This document shows, in pieces, positions 14,458 to 27,650 of a DNA stretch of 64,000 nt. Each line of letters begins with the position of its first letter. Positions within the stretch are counted from its first letter, which is position 1. The translations under genes and the position numbers were made by a program. A model generated the notes under the pieces. That model did not search any database. It saw nothing but the letters and a program-made list of their open reading frames with translations, and was not told the DNA's origin. The stretch spans positions 124,001 through 188,000 of the forward strand of contig NOWV01000142.1 in the NCBI GenBank assembly GCA_003344405.1. Direction: 5' to 3'. This stretch comes from Trichoplax sp. H2. Its lineage: Eukaryota.

Positions 14458-16613
14458 TTAGTGTTGCAAATCCGTAACTGTTTGATAGTGATCCTTATCA
14501 CGGTATCTAGCAACAAGTAGTACAATAACATAAACGATTAAAACTATAACAGTAATGATGGCTAGAACACCTCCAACAATTAATGGAGCTATACTTTGAT
14601 GGAATCGTCTGTCTTGATGCTTATCTTTGGATGGACAGTAGAATACTATAATAAAATAGATATGTTAGTAAAATGCATGAAATTAATAGTTAGTTTCTCA
14701 TGACTGTAAGGGAAACTACCAGATTAAACTATAGTTGCTATTATTGTTACGCTTACCTTTATAACTAAATTGGCCGTTAGTTACATCGAATGGCTGTAAT
14801 TTTATATTATTTATACGTATGGAACCATCTTGAGGCTGGAATTGAAAATCATAACCCTGATGACAGACAAATGTTTGATGGCTAAAACCAGTCATTGCTA
14901 AAATCAATGTCTGAGGCTTAACGTAGAGGTCAACGCTTTGATTTGAGTTTACTATATATGAGGATAGAGTAGAAATAATTTCTTATCACAATCTTTCTAA
15001 TATCGTTTGAAATTTTACATTACATCAGCAAATTATTAAGTTTCAATCATTCTACCGCCCAAAGAACTAGCTCAATCTTCAGCCTATCGCATAAGACTCA
15101 AGTATGCAAATGTGTTCATGTTTGAATATGAAAGGACTATTAAGTATCATACCGCACTGATCCAATATTGAAATAGATATGCTAACTATAAAAAGCTATC
15201 TACTAAATCGTGCGCCTGCTAACTGCTAAAAGATAGTAATTTGAAACTAATAATATTTTATTACTTTAGACTATCTATTTCGATAATATGTGGCTATGTA
15301 TCGCCAGTGATAATAAGTTAGTAATATATAAGGATATTTATTGCATAGTTCAATTAATAAAATTAGCCAAATTACGAACTCTGTAAATTATCTTTTTAAT
15401 GTTATATTCGAACATTAAACCAGACGTTAATCAGTAATCGTATAGCTGCATAATAATAGTATCATTTTTACCTGCTACTGTTTTATTTTTCGGAGATATT
15501 ATAACATCTAACTGGTCCATTTTCCATTCAGATACTGGTTTACCTGCTGGTTTATGAGTCATTTTAAACTGGAAATCGCAACTATATTGATAATAATCAT
15601 CCTTCCATTGTAACTGGAGAAAAGACGTTCCATTTTCCTGACAGTAACCACTAGCACTAGCTGTACGAGGCGCATTGACGAGTCTGTAATTTGTCTATGG
15701 AAGAAATTATAAGTATCTATGTCACAATACTGTAGTTATCGATATAGAGCGATCGTTTTCTATAACAATATTAATCTTGAATATAGAAATAGTGAGAGCA
15801 TATTGATGTTTTCGATATTGCAGTGTAACCTTATCATTGGATCGATTATAGTGCACAGTTATTAAACAGGACTTTTACCTCACCTTGATTACAGTAAATA
15901 TAGTTTATACTGGACTACTCCTTAGTTTATGACTAAGATTAAGCTTTAATTCCCCAGAATTAGATGATAACCATTAGCATGATGTAAGTAATAGTATAGT
16001 TAGCCTTGAAGATTATAATATATCTAATTGATTACATTATGGCAGTTACCTGCTATCTTGAGAATTCTACATTATATACGAATATAAACTTGTACATACA
16101 AATACTAAAATGATAAAATGCAATACACTACTCATGTAGCACATTATCCTGTTCTAGCTAGCGATTTTGTTGAAGGAAATCGATAACAAACATACATGTA
16201 ATATAATAAATGTATCTAATTATTCGTATATTATGGCAACTTTGATTTAAAGAAAATCTTCATTGGTTTTAGTAATTGCTAATTAATTTAAAATACAGAT
16301 TGATCCGTTTGTGCTCATGCATGTTATTATATTCTACCATTGTATTTCTGGGCAAATAGGGAAGATCAGAATTGGTTAAATTCAGTTGAATGGCCATAAT
16401 GGCTAGTAAACATGCTGTTCCTTGTTCGTTATGAAGACTCCAATAGCCAACTTTAGGACCACTATTTTGGATACCTTCTGCCGTTTGAACAGTGGTAACG
16501 CTGGATGCCGTACATGAATATATCCTAGTAATTAACACTATATCAAAATAATCAATAGATCAGTTACCTCCTTTCATGCATTCGAACCAGTGCGATCGAA
16601 ACTAAAATTAAAA
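14458..16613 (-). CDS. LAMP-domain (LAMP/CD68-family) type I membrane protein, paralog A; true start not located
   Basis: Exons about 16567-16613, 16339-16526 (GTACLLAIMAIQLNLT), 15471-15695 (ASASGYCQENGTSFLQLQW), 14757-14952 (HQTFVCHQG..NNIKLQPFDVTNGQFSY) and 14458-14646 (YCP..IAPLIVGGVLAIITVIVLIVYVIVLLVARYRDKDHYQTVTDLQH*). Confidence 0.78.
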
Positions 16614-19600
16614 TCTATATTTCGCTCTCCCCTTACGAGCATGAAATTCTTGATTTTTGCAATATGATATTATTATTCGTAAACTGGCCAGATTATTGTT
16701 CATCTATGATAATACTTTGGTAACTAAGCTAATAGATAATATTACAGTATTTCTAATCCAAAAGTAAATAAATGGCAACGTAAATCCTGGATGACAATTC
16801 CATCTAATATTTTTATTGGTAGAATATGCAAGATCTACCTTTCTAGAGAGGGTACTAATTTTTATGCAAAGCAATATAGAATTTGTTTAAAAATATTTGT
16901 AGGAAAGGGTGATGTTATGGGAAAAATTTTATGATAGATTTTGTAACATATAATGTTTTCGTGTTCTGTTACATTGGCAAGATAACTAGTCTCTTTTTTA
17001 AAATGAAGATAGAGCTGAGGTTAAACAAATGGCTTCTATAATCATACCTGCTATCAAAACTTGGCAAGAAAATATTTTGAATGTTGATAACATATTGGCT
17101 AAGACTGAATTTTTGGAGATCAATCGCAGCAAAGATTAAGATAAATACTTCGTCCAACCATACAGTCCTGATATAGTTTATCCTATTAATTTGAAACATA
17201 GCTTAGCAATACACGTACTGTTAATGCGGAAGCTGATAGAATATCACCTTCAATTGGTAATATTAGTTGAATATGTGAAATTAAAGCTTCCCAATTTAAT
17301 AATAATACTCATCTATTCTTTCAAATATTAGATTTAATACCTTAACTTTTAACTAGCGGTCTCAAGGGAATTAGTTGTTTATCAGTCATTTTGTCATCTT
17401 AATTAATCTAATCTAGAAAATTAGAATATAAGCTAAAAATTCCCTCCAGATATACAGAGGAAGTATTTATAGTAACGATGATATTTTTGAAAAATTCCTA
17501 ATTTAATGTCATATTAAGTCATAGCCTTTCTCAAGTTCTATGCTTCTATTATAGAAATAATTTAATTAATAATTTTGTTTCCGATGGTGAACATTTCAAC
17601 CAGTGATGATCAAGATGACGTCAGAAGTATGCCCTTATAGTAGACATATGATTTATTAGTCATGAAGTTGCTTGACTATTTGCTGGTCGAGAAAAGGCAT
17701 TACATATGGTAGCATATTGCTGTCTAATATCAATGAATTTTACTCTAATGGTTAAATTGGGTTAGTAGAAGTATAATAAATCAGAATATGGATTGTCTCT
17801 TATAAATTTTGATGATTTAAAATTTCTCATATAAAGTTGATTCTATAGTAATAAAAATTTGTTTTATTATAAAATAATATTGGAAGCGGTTTTAATTCTA
17901 TCACTATCTATATAATACGATTACTTACTTTAATGTATGTACTACAATGTTACTATAAAGTCTTTTAAGAATCAAGAAATTACCAGTACTTTTCTAGATT
18001 TCATTTCGGTAGTAATTATTGATCCCATTTCTCTACGGTATCTTTGATAATAATAGCCAATATGGATGATTTTGTATATTCAGGTGTTCTACTAATTTCA
18101 GCATAAATCTACCAACTCACGATGCTATCATAACATATAGTGGGAAATATAATTAATTATATACATAATAGAAGCATATTGTTGTTTACTATACGTATAT
18201 TTTGATTTAGATTAAATATTGCGATCATATCTAATTAATTTTCATACTTTAATTTTTAGTTTATTACGAATTTCTACGTAATATTTGCATTTGCAAATAT
18301 ATTATTTATTCATTTTAACTTGATAACTGTAGTTAAAATAGATATAACAATTCTTTAAATTATAGAGCATATTTTATAATTTTATTTTCATCTTTAGTCG
18401 TTCTATATTGATTTATTCTAATTTTCAGTAATAGAAAAGATTTTTATGAATAGTCGATATAACTTTGCGAGTTCTTCAGATTAATACCAGCTATTATGAT
18501 ATTAAATTCTAAATTTTATCTATTAAAGCAAAGTAATAAAACAAAAGATTGAAATTCTTTGATTAATGGATTAAGTATTAGTATTTGATATTTTGAAATT
18601 ATTTATAGATTAGTTTATAATAGGTTGTGTAAATATCAAAATCTACTATCTAGATAGGAATTGATCGAATACGGCAAGAGTATTTGCAATTGTATGTAGC
18701 AAAATTGTAATTTCTATTGTAAATACTGTAGATCACAAAATAGCATTGATCGTCATTTTTTTCACTGTTAGCTAACGATTAGAAGATAATTACCAACTTA
18801 GTAGTCTTTATTTGTAAAATTTAATGCTATGATATGATAAGCTAAGCTCGAACGTGTGCTACAAGTACAAGATTAGAAAATGAAAACGATCATTTTGAGA
18901 CTTGATAAAGTTAAAACTCACACGGTCGTGAAATTTTTCCGTATTAACTATTAAATATTATACAGTTTAACGTCCCAAACATTAACAACCTGCTTTGCGA
19001 AGTTAGGAACTAGATATGTTAGATTGGTCTAGTAGTAAGCTTATTAACTGATGTCAACCAGTACTGGCAATGGTGTTGTGATTCCTATGTTGCTATAGGA
19101 TTGCTACCATATCGACCATTTACTATAAGTATCATTAAGTTAGCATAGCAAAACGGGTGGTTAATCCTGGTATTGCTACTTTACTCGAAATGAATTGCTT
19201 TTTAGACAATACTTACTTTAAAATAGTATCTAGTATTCTAGGATACAAAAAAAATTATGAAACACATATGGTATTACATCATACAGCTAGTTGTACACAA
19301 CTGCTTTCTTTCTAGACTTAATTTACCGACAAGAAAAATGCAACCGTTAACACCACATGACATCTTAACAATCTGTCGGAAAATTACATTAATTATAAAG
19401 CATCGAACTCTGAATCCCTTGCAACCTTTCAAATCTTTAATGATTGTTCTGCTTCTATATTTCATATAGTAATAAGTCTTTGAATTTGTACAGATCCAAA
19501 TTTACTATATCCTTATATCATAAAATTGGAAAGTACAGGGACAGATTTCGTTTTCACATGACTACATATAGCTATGTTCTACACGTATGCTATATTAATC

Positions 19601-20998
19601 ACCTGTAGAAAGATAATTCAAGCTAATCTTTTTATATCACATTTAAATACAATCATTCGACACCGTAGATAATAGAATGAGAAATAGGTCGTTTAACGTA
19701 AGTTTAAGATGATTTTAATATGTTGGACTATCTACAAGTAGATAAACCAGGCTAATCAATTTCAGATGGAATAGTAATTATTCGAAAGTATTGTGTATTT
19801 AGCAATATATTTTGAGGTCTTATAGTAATAACAACAGTTTCTCTCCAATTCTTCCTGTAGTATAAGATTGCAGTGATATTAGATACTGTAAATCAAATGT
19901 TGTCTGGATAAAGAATTCAACGACTAATTTTATCATAGGTGGATATGGATATACATAGAGACTCAATTCAGATCATATACCGGTAATAAGGGAGTATGGT
20001 ATGTATTTTATTGTTTCTATCTTCTTTTCAAATATATAAAGCGTCAAAGGGATAAATAGAGGATAAAATAAATTATCAGTATCTTAATGGCTAAATTATA
20101 CACCGATTAAAACAACTGTAGGATAATCATTATTCATACGATGATATCTTATCCATGCACTAATAGTAATGATAGATAGAAATGAACAAACATTATAAAC
20201 TGTCTACAAATGCCAATATGAATAACAAGGATAGCAAAGATATAATAAGAATTTAATTTAGTCTTTCAGCGTTATACATTATATTGTAACAAAGCATAAA
20301 CCATATTATTCAATAATAAGAAATGATCTATATTGATTTTCATTTAATGCAATTGTTGAGCAATTTCAATATTAAGCATTGATCTCTACTTCTTTATCTA
20401 TTGATTGAAAAGCTGTTGGTTAATCAATTAATTACGAAGTAGGATATCATAAATAAATTATTATCTATAAATGATTAAGGTTGTCCAATTGACAAAATCT
20501 ATCTATCCTTATTCCTATATTCATTGATATACTGTTATATTATGATCATGAACCGTCATCTCTACCACTTAACACCATTTAATTGACTAGAATATTATTC
20601 CTATTGCAATTACAAATACAATAAAATGTCAATCGATTTTAGATTATAACTAATTCTATCTGAATATATCTGATCTTCTTGACTGAAGTGGTCGTTGATT
20701 CCAAATATAGTTCTCATTTAGCCAAATATGCAGCTTTTATATTTGATTTGATTCAAAATGTTGTAATCCCATGTAGGAGCTTTTTCAATATTGTTATTCA
20801 GAATTTATTAACTTCTACACCAGAATAAAATGTTAAAATTGTCAAAGATTATATGGCAATTCATTCACCTTAAAATGTATTAGCTTGTTCTATATCATTA
20901 GATGATAGAAAATCATGATGTTCAAGCTGTGGTAATAAATGTATACAATGAATCTACTTACCAAACATTTATCTGGATCATAAATAGGCAGCGACCAT

Positions 20999-23900
20999 TT
21001 ACATAGATTGATAGCCAGCTCGGACACGATGGCGAGAGAAAACATAAGCCAACAAAGTAATCAAGAAACTTGCTGTGATTAAACTACCGACCAGAATAGG
21101 GACGGTGTTATCCTTTTTAGGAGCAAATGGGCTATCATGGACACAATACCAGACTAATGAACAGAAATAGAATCAATAAAAATGCGATAAGAAAGCTTGA
21201 AAAAATAGGCATGGAAGCCCAAAAGATATTGTTTAATGGGTAAAATAGGCGATGATTATTTTCTAGATAATCAATCTTACGTTTAAAGCTGAATTTATTG
21301 TCAACCACATCAAATGGTTGAGCACGGACATTAACAATATCGACATTTCCCTTGTTATCCATAAAATTCAGTTTATAGCCAGTACCACAGATTAGAGATT
21401 GATGGCTCAGTGCTTTAACTTCCTCTAAGTAGGTGCTGTTGACCTCCCCTACTTGATCGCCCATAGCTATTCCAAATTAAAAATAACTTCATTAGTTTAT
21501 ATTGCTTTCATATAAGGGTATATTGCGATTAATTCTACTACCTCCTAACAAATTATCAAGAGCTAACTTACGCATAGCATCAGGAATACCACCAAGTTTG
21601 TAATTTAATTTAACAGAACGAGTTCTCCACCAATCAACCAACTTGGGTGGTACAGCTTTCAATAGATAAAAGTGAAAATGGAGCGCGAAGTCATTACCAT
21701 TGTCATGCCACATTACGGAGAAAGATGAAGTCATGTTAAATTGGCAGGTGCCTTCAGCACTAGCATTGGTTGGAACATTGGATGAAAATACCTATAGATT
21801 CAGATAAGAATTAAAACCCAAAATTCAATAATTACACATACTATGACTAATAATGTGGGAAATACGTTCAAAAAGGCTATTTGGCATTAAAAAATATTCT
21901 TTATACTTTCAAGCCGTTTGATTAGTCTAAGAAATTAAACTAGCCTAGCCAACAATCAAACAACTTACATGGATAGCATCACTTCCAGGTACTTTGTAAA
22001 AGACATTAACTCTAATTCCCATTTGGAAAAGCATGCAAGATTGATCTTTAGAGTTGGTGATATTCCAAAATCCAGTCGGGATCGTAAGTCTATCCACAGT
22101 TGCTGTTGCTGCTGTTGCTGTTGTTGCTTTTACTGTTGCTTTTACTGTTGCTTTTGTTGCTGCTGGAGTTGCCTTTACTGTCGTAGCTGGAACTGTATCC
22201 GCAGCAAAACAGACTATAAAATTTTTTTCAAATAATGATAAATGCACATTAGACCTATTGCATTTATTCTATCGTTTTACGTAGTATTTAAAAGGTTATG
22301 CATATAAAAGTATGTTATCAATTAGACCTGAGAAAGGTTCGGTTCGGTTCAAACCGTTTTGATCTATACATGAACCTGAACCTGAACCACTTTGACATCG
22401 TCTATCAATACATAATATGGTCTTCTTTTGTACAAGCAGCAAAATCGATCAATGTTAAACTGTGACATAATTTTTTAACTTTGAAGTGAATTCGAAAAGA
22501 CTTTCAATTATTTTTAAATAAAAATTCGATTTAGGTTAAAGTATGAGTATTGAACAGAAGTGTTCAAGAAACTTCATGCGCAGAATAGAACCAAATCTTG
22601 ACTAAGACTAAATAGATACTAAGCGTAGTATAGGGGCAAGAAACAATATTGCTGCGTTTTCTTACACCAAAATAGATATTACTATTCGTGATATTTTTTG
22701 TAATCTCAGGGAATTGACGGTACAAAAACTGTTAAGCTATCTTCAGCTGTCAAGCTGTTCTGTTGGATGAAAGTAATGGCATAAAATTCCCTTCAAACGA
22801 AGCAAGAAATAAATGAATATCAATTTTGCCTTGTTTATTCATGTCTATCAGATTAATCGATCTCATTTTGTACTCCTCTCTTTTGTGAAGCAACATTCTC
22901 CCCCAAGGTTTGATAGACTGAGATGTTTTACGTTGTTAGCCGGTCTAATCTTGGAAAATCCTTCATTACGGAAGACTTAACTAGAGTTAAAATTGATTGA
23001 TATTCCATTTACTAATTACATAAATTATAAAACTACTTGTGTCATGAGTAATGCCTGCCATCAGTGCAGAATATGGATTGCTACGCGTATATCCGTAGAG
23101 TTATAGCGCAAGACATATTACAGTGTATCGATTCTTCCCAATGTCAATAGCAAAAAGAATCACCAGATGCCATAAAGTATTGCCGTACTGCATGCGGCCA
23201 TGAGGCTTACTTACACCTACAGTATACCAATTTATACTATCTCATTCAATGGCTGTTATTTCCATAGTGCCTTCAACAGTATCTTATATTATACGATATG
23301 AAGATTGGGATTGAATGAGATTACTATCATGTTTTTGACCAGCTGACTTCAAGTTTACCATATGTCGATTAAATAAGAATAAGTCATACAATTCTATATT
23401 AGCCAAAGATTTGTTTGAATTGCGCATGAGGTTTCCTGCTTATTAGTGTTTAATATTGTACATGTAGTCAAATGAATAATTCTTGTAAATGTCTTTTATT
23501 TGACTGGATGTTAGATCATTTTTTGGTTTTGTTTCTCTATGGATACTCGGATATGTTGACGGATTATTTCACTACTTGAACTATAATCATTATATAGTTT
23601 GTACAATGATATTGCTTAGCATTTTTCGGTGTTTCATTAAATCGTTAGTGATTAGTAGCAAATTTCAATGAAGGAAGTCGAAATTTTCGTTATTTTTTAT
23701 CCAAGAAATAAATAGATAAATGATAGTAATAGTAAAACATATAAATACGTAAAGTAATTTTGAAATGAGACTTGATTCAATTTAATAGGAAAATATTTCA
23801 TTTAAAACAGATGCTCCTACACTAAGGCAATAGAATTGCAAAATATGTAAAAAAATATCGAATCCGTTGGCGTGGTTTTAACCTATGGAATATTTATTCA

Positions 23901-24926
23901 GTGGGTATAGTGTACGGTACAACACGGCATGTTCATGAAAGTATCAATCCTAGTGAATAACGGTACAGGATATGAGTAAAAGTAAAATAATCCCTGATTA
24001 ACTTTACAAGGTATGATAGCACATCGCTATTTTGGAGTTGAAACCAGGCCAGGAATAAATTTTTTTAATGCTGTAACCATTACTTCAATCAGGATAGGAA
24101 TGAAATTTCAAAAATAGTTTAATACAATAACTATTGAGATTTCAAATCTAAACTAAGCTATCCTTTAAATTTTACACGCACAAAGTTGACTGGGAAAAAT
24201 ACACTAGTTGTAAGAAATATATTGGGCAGATGAGACAAATATTCTCGTACATGAGGAATTATTCTATTGCGAAATGGTATAATGAGCTAGCAACAGGTAG
24301 AAAGAGTTTCCTTAAGATGAAATAGACCTATTCTGTGCAATACTCTTTTCAAATACATATGCAATGAATAAACCTTGTGCTTTTAAGACTGTAACCTATT
24401 AACACTAATTGGTATGTTTTAGGAAGAAATGACTACCGGTAATTTGACATTATAGCCAAGTGTCAATGAATTTAGAAATGATTTTATAGTTACTTTAAGT
24501 GAACCGAAGTGAATTGGTTGTAAGTATAGAGTTTTTCCCATCTTTGATAGTTAATCTTTATGTTATCCGAAAAGTAATTTCCATAAAAAATGAAATACCA
24601 AGTACTGCGGATGACAGCCTGGTATTCTTCATTATTGCTAATTATTATTATAGCATATTTACTACCACAATTGCAAAAAAATTCAATTGCACAGTTCCAT
24701 GTCGAAAGGAGGGATTAGAAAATTGAGTTTAGGAAGTATTTAATAATCAGTATCAGATCATGATAAACTATGAACAAGTTAAAAAGTCGATATCATAACT
24801 AGTAGAACTTAAAGTGAACGGATTATCTATTGCCAATTTACAAGTTCTAACATTGTCATCTTTCCAAGACTTACCAGTTAATGAACAGCATAATACCAAA
24901 ACGGCTAGTGACTTGAAAGAATTCAT
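20999..24926 (-). CDS. LAMP-domain lysosomal membrane glycoprotein, paralog B (signal peptide, Thr/Ala-rich mucin-like stretch, one LAMP domain, TM, GYxxM tail)
   Basis: Signal exon MNSFKSLAVLVLCCSLT|gtaag, then ATTVKATPAATKATVKAT repeats, SCMLFQMGIRVNVFY, ASAEGTCQ, SLICGTG..NVRAQPFDVVDNKFSF, and a last exon WYC..NTVPILVGSLITASFLITLLAYVFSRHRVRAGYQSM* with a canonical terminal GYxxPhi signal. Confidence 0.88.
22321..22390. mobile_element. Terminal fragment of a dispersed DNA-transposon/MITE-like element (in a LAMP-B intron)
   Basis: ATTAGACCTGAGAAAGGTTCGGTTCGGTTC followed by GAACCTGAACCTGAACC. A nearly identical 25-mer (ATTAGATCTGAGAAAGGTTCGGTTC) occurs at 49921-49945. Confidence 0.4.
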
Positions 24927-25675
24927 GTCTTGGATTTAGAGTTTTTTTCTCTTAAAGTCGCTCCTTTCAAAAATGGTATTTGAAAATTTATCTCGCCTTT
25001 AAGACAACGTGTAGAAGTCAGCAGATAGGACAGCACGGGGAATGGCGCAAGAGCTTTAAACTCTGAAAGTCCACACGACGCCGACTGAGATGGAATGAAT
25101 TAAGATATCATAAAAGTAAGTTTATCTCTTTATTCTAGTGCGTATTCACGGTCATATCCGTTATTGACTTTGTATAACATTTACCGGATGGCAGAAGGTT
25201 GCACTGACTTGATTCGATAATGACCATATGCTATGTTATGCGAATGCAGCTGTCATCCAATTTTCCATATTAATGCCTGGATATCATATGGCAGAAATAT
25301 TTGATTCTATTTAGTCCACGACTTGGAGCATGTTCAATCAATAGACCAGCCGATTAATTTGATATTAATTAAGGAACTATTTTAACTATCTCGATCAATT
25401 ATAATATTATTTTTTTTAATTGATATTTCCGAAGGATTCTATAATATCGAAATATTATAGATCATTATTATGTCGCACAGTGATATTGTTAGCGATATAT
25501 GAGCAGGCAGCCATTTATAAATATTCCTGTACTTTGACTCATGCGTAAGTATATTTTTCTGCAACAACATCGTATACTACTGCTGTAAATTGGCTATATA
25601 ACAGGTTCTTTTTAAATCGAAATTATTTCCCCTATTGGTATATATGCATTGCATTCTAGATACGCATATATGAGA

Positions 25676-25946
25676 CATGTTCTATTTTTAGGTCAATTAG
25701 ATCGGTTACTAATTTCTTCGATAAATTTATCTGGTTTCACTTAGTCTTTACCTCATGTAGTTTCATTGTATGTAAATGAAGGTCAGGGTTAGGGTTAGGA
25801 TTAGCGTTAGCAATAAGGTCTTATTGTATAGCAGTTATAGGAATTAAGGCATAAAAATGCTGTAAACATGTTTGTCAATATACCTCACTATGATAGTAGT
25901 GCATAATTTATGCATAGAAGTTATTGACCTAAAAGTAAAGGGCATG
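25676..25946. mobile_element. MITE-like element with imperfect terminal inverted repeats and internal TTAGGG-like units
   Basis: Left end CATGTTCTATTTTTAGGTCAAT; right end reverse-complemented CATGCCCTTTACTTTTAGGTCAAT; internal GGTCAGGGTTAGGGTTAGGATTAGCGTTAG. Confidence 0.45.
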
Positions 25947-26099
25947 CCATGATAATATATAAACTCGTATGGATGTAGGTGGTATCTGTTTACTTCCTTA
26001 CCGTGCGTCTACTCATGTTCATCAGCGTGCTTTGTGGTCCGAGAGTTCCCACTAGATAGAGTGTATCTACTATTTGTATTGCATCCAGTCGTTAAATCT

Positions 26100-27650
26100 A
26101 ACGTATAAAAACTGCCTTGTCAATCCTAAAAGTTTTCTCGCATCTTCCTACATCTATTAAGTTTCATCAATATATTTCTGCAGTAGCTAATTCTAATAAA
26201 AATTGCCTTGTGAACGTTGAAGTCTTTTTCCTTCTACTTATTTTGTATCTTCCTACACTTACTACGCTAATGACTATTTTATTAATGGATTCTTTGATTG
26301 GACTATTTAAACTATCAAGTCAAGCTGCCTTGTCAGCTCTAAATATCTTTCATCTATTTAATATCTTTGTATCTTTTTACACCAACTGCAGACTTGCATA
26401 TTGGATAGGTAGAATTCTTTGATTTGGATAATAATAATAACCAATAAAACTATCCATTCACCCATGCATCTTTATTCTATTCAATTTTTTCGTATAGTAA
26501 CTACGGTACAACATTGAATTTTGAAAGATTCCACCGGTTATATTGTACAATCATAGTCACCTCGTCAGTTTTAAACTTCATTCTTGTAATCCATTTCCTG
26601 ATATCTTATTACCCTAACTACCGTACTATTCCTTTAATAGATTCTGTTGGTTAAATTAGAGTTCTTAGCAAGTGTGAAGTAGATAAAGAACGTAATAACT
26701 TCGAGTAAAAGATACGATTATTTATGGAATTATTTACCTACGATCATACCGCATTTCAGTGACTTGAGTACGTCATTATAAATTCAATATAGGAGAAAAT
26801 ATTGTCCATTCTAAACTCTACGTCGATAGACTAGACGAATATATTAATAGATTAGATTCAATGGCATTCGTGTAAAACTTGATAAACTCCATTCTTATTA
26901 ACGACAAATTTGATTACATAGCTAAGGTTGTTTAGTAATGAGTTATTTACTGCTATTGCCCTTGTTTGACTTATCGACCGTAATTGAACGCATTCTAACG
27001 ATTCGGTTTTTGAATTATCCATTTATTTTAAAGTAGTATCCTCTTTGATTGCACTACTAATCTAATATTATTAATAATTCTTTCTCGCTTCTTCATCTAA
27101 CTATACGGGTGTAGTGCAACGGGTTTAACATCGAAGTGAAATTCTTATTTACAGTTAGTATCGGAATTAACTTGAAGTGCTACAGTAGAATTCTATGCTT
27201 GTGTAGTTTAACATGATTGGTTGCTCGTATCCCGGCATGAGCATTCGCGTAAAACCTTAATAAACTCAATTCCCCTTGTTTACGACAAATTTGGTTCTAT
27301 TGGCAATGAACGAATGATTTATCCTTGCGACACTGATTAGCCCCAATTGTACGCGTTTTTAACGAATCTGTTGTTGAGTTATCCATTTATATTACAGTAA
27401 GATTATTCTTGATGATATTACGAGTCCAATATCATTTCTCCTTTATTAGTATTACCGCACTATAATATTGGTGTAAATACGTGATAAAACTTGATATTAA
27501 ATTCATTTGCAATTGGTATTTCTGCTCTATTAGTAATAATTTAGGATAGATATGGACACCGCTTGGTTTCATTTGAATCAATTTATCTTCTGTTCTACAA
27601 ATCAATCATTGATATCCATTGCAACCATAGTCCACTTGGTAAGGATGCTA
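26100..27650 (+). pseudogene. Possible decayed leucine-rich-repeat gene
   Basis: Stop- and frameshift-interrupted fragments resemble extracellular LRRs: YLPTLTTL, INRLDSMAFV*NL, LRLFSNEL, VARIPA*AFA*NLNKL. Confidence 0.3.

Noticed and set aside
17200-20900. Additional gene between the LAMP paralogs
   Set aside because: Very AT-rich, and I could not assemble a spliceable, recognisable coding chain. It may hold the missing first exon of LAMP-A.
21969-22284. Cys-rich or Val/Ala-rich plus-strand ORFs
   Set aside because: They are antisense shadows of the Thr/Ala-rich LAMP-B exon.
25780-25812. Interstitial telomere
   Set aside because: Only about two perfect hexamers, and better explained as part of the TIR-bounded element.
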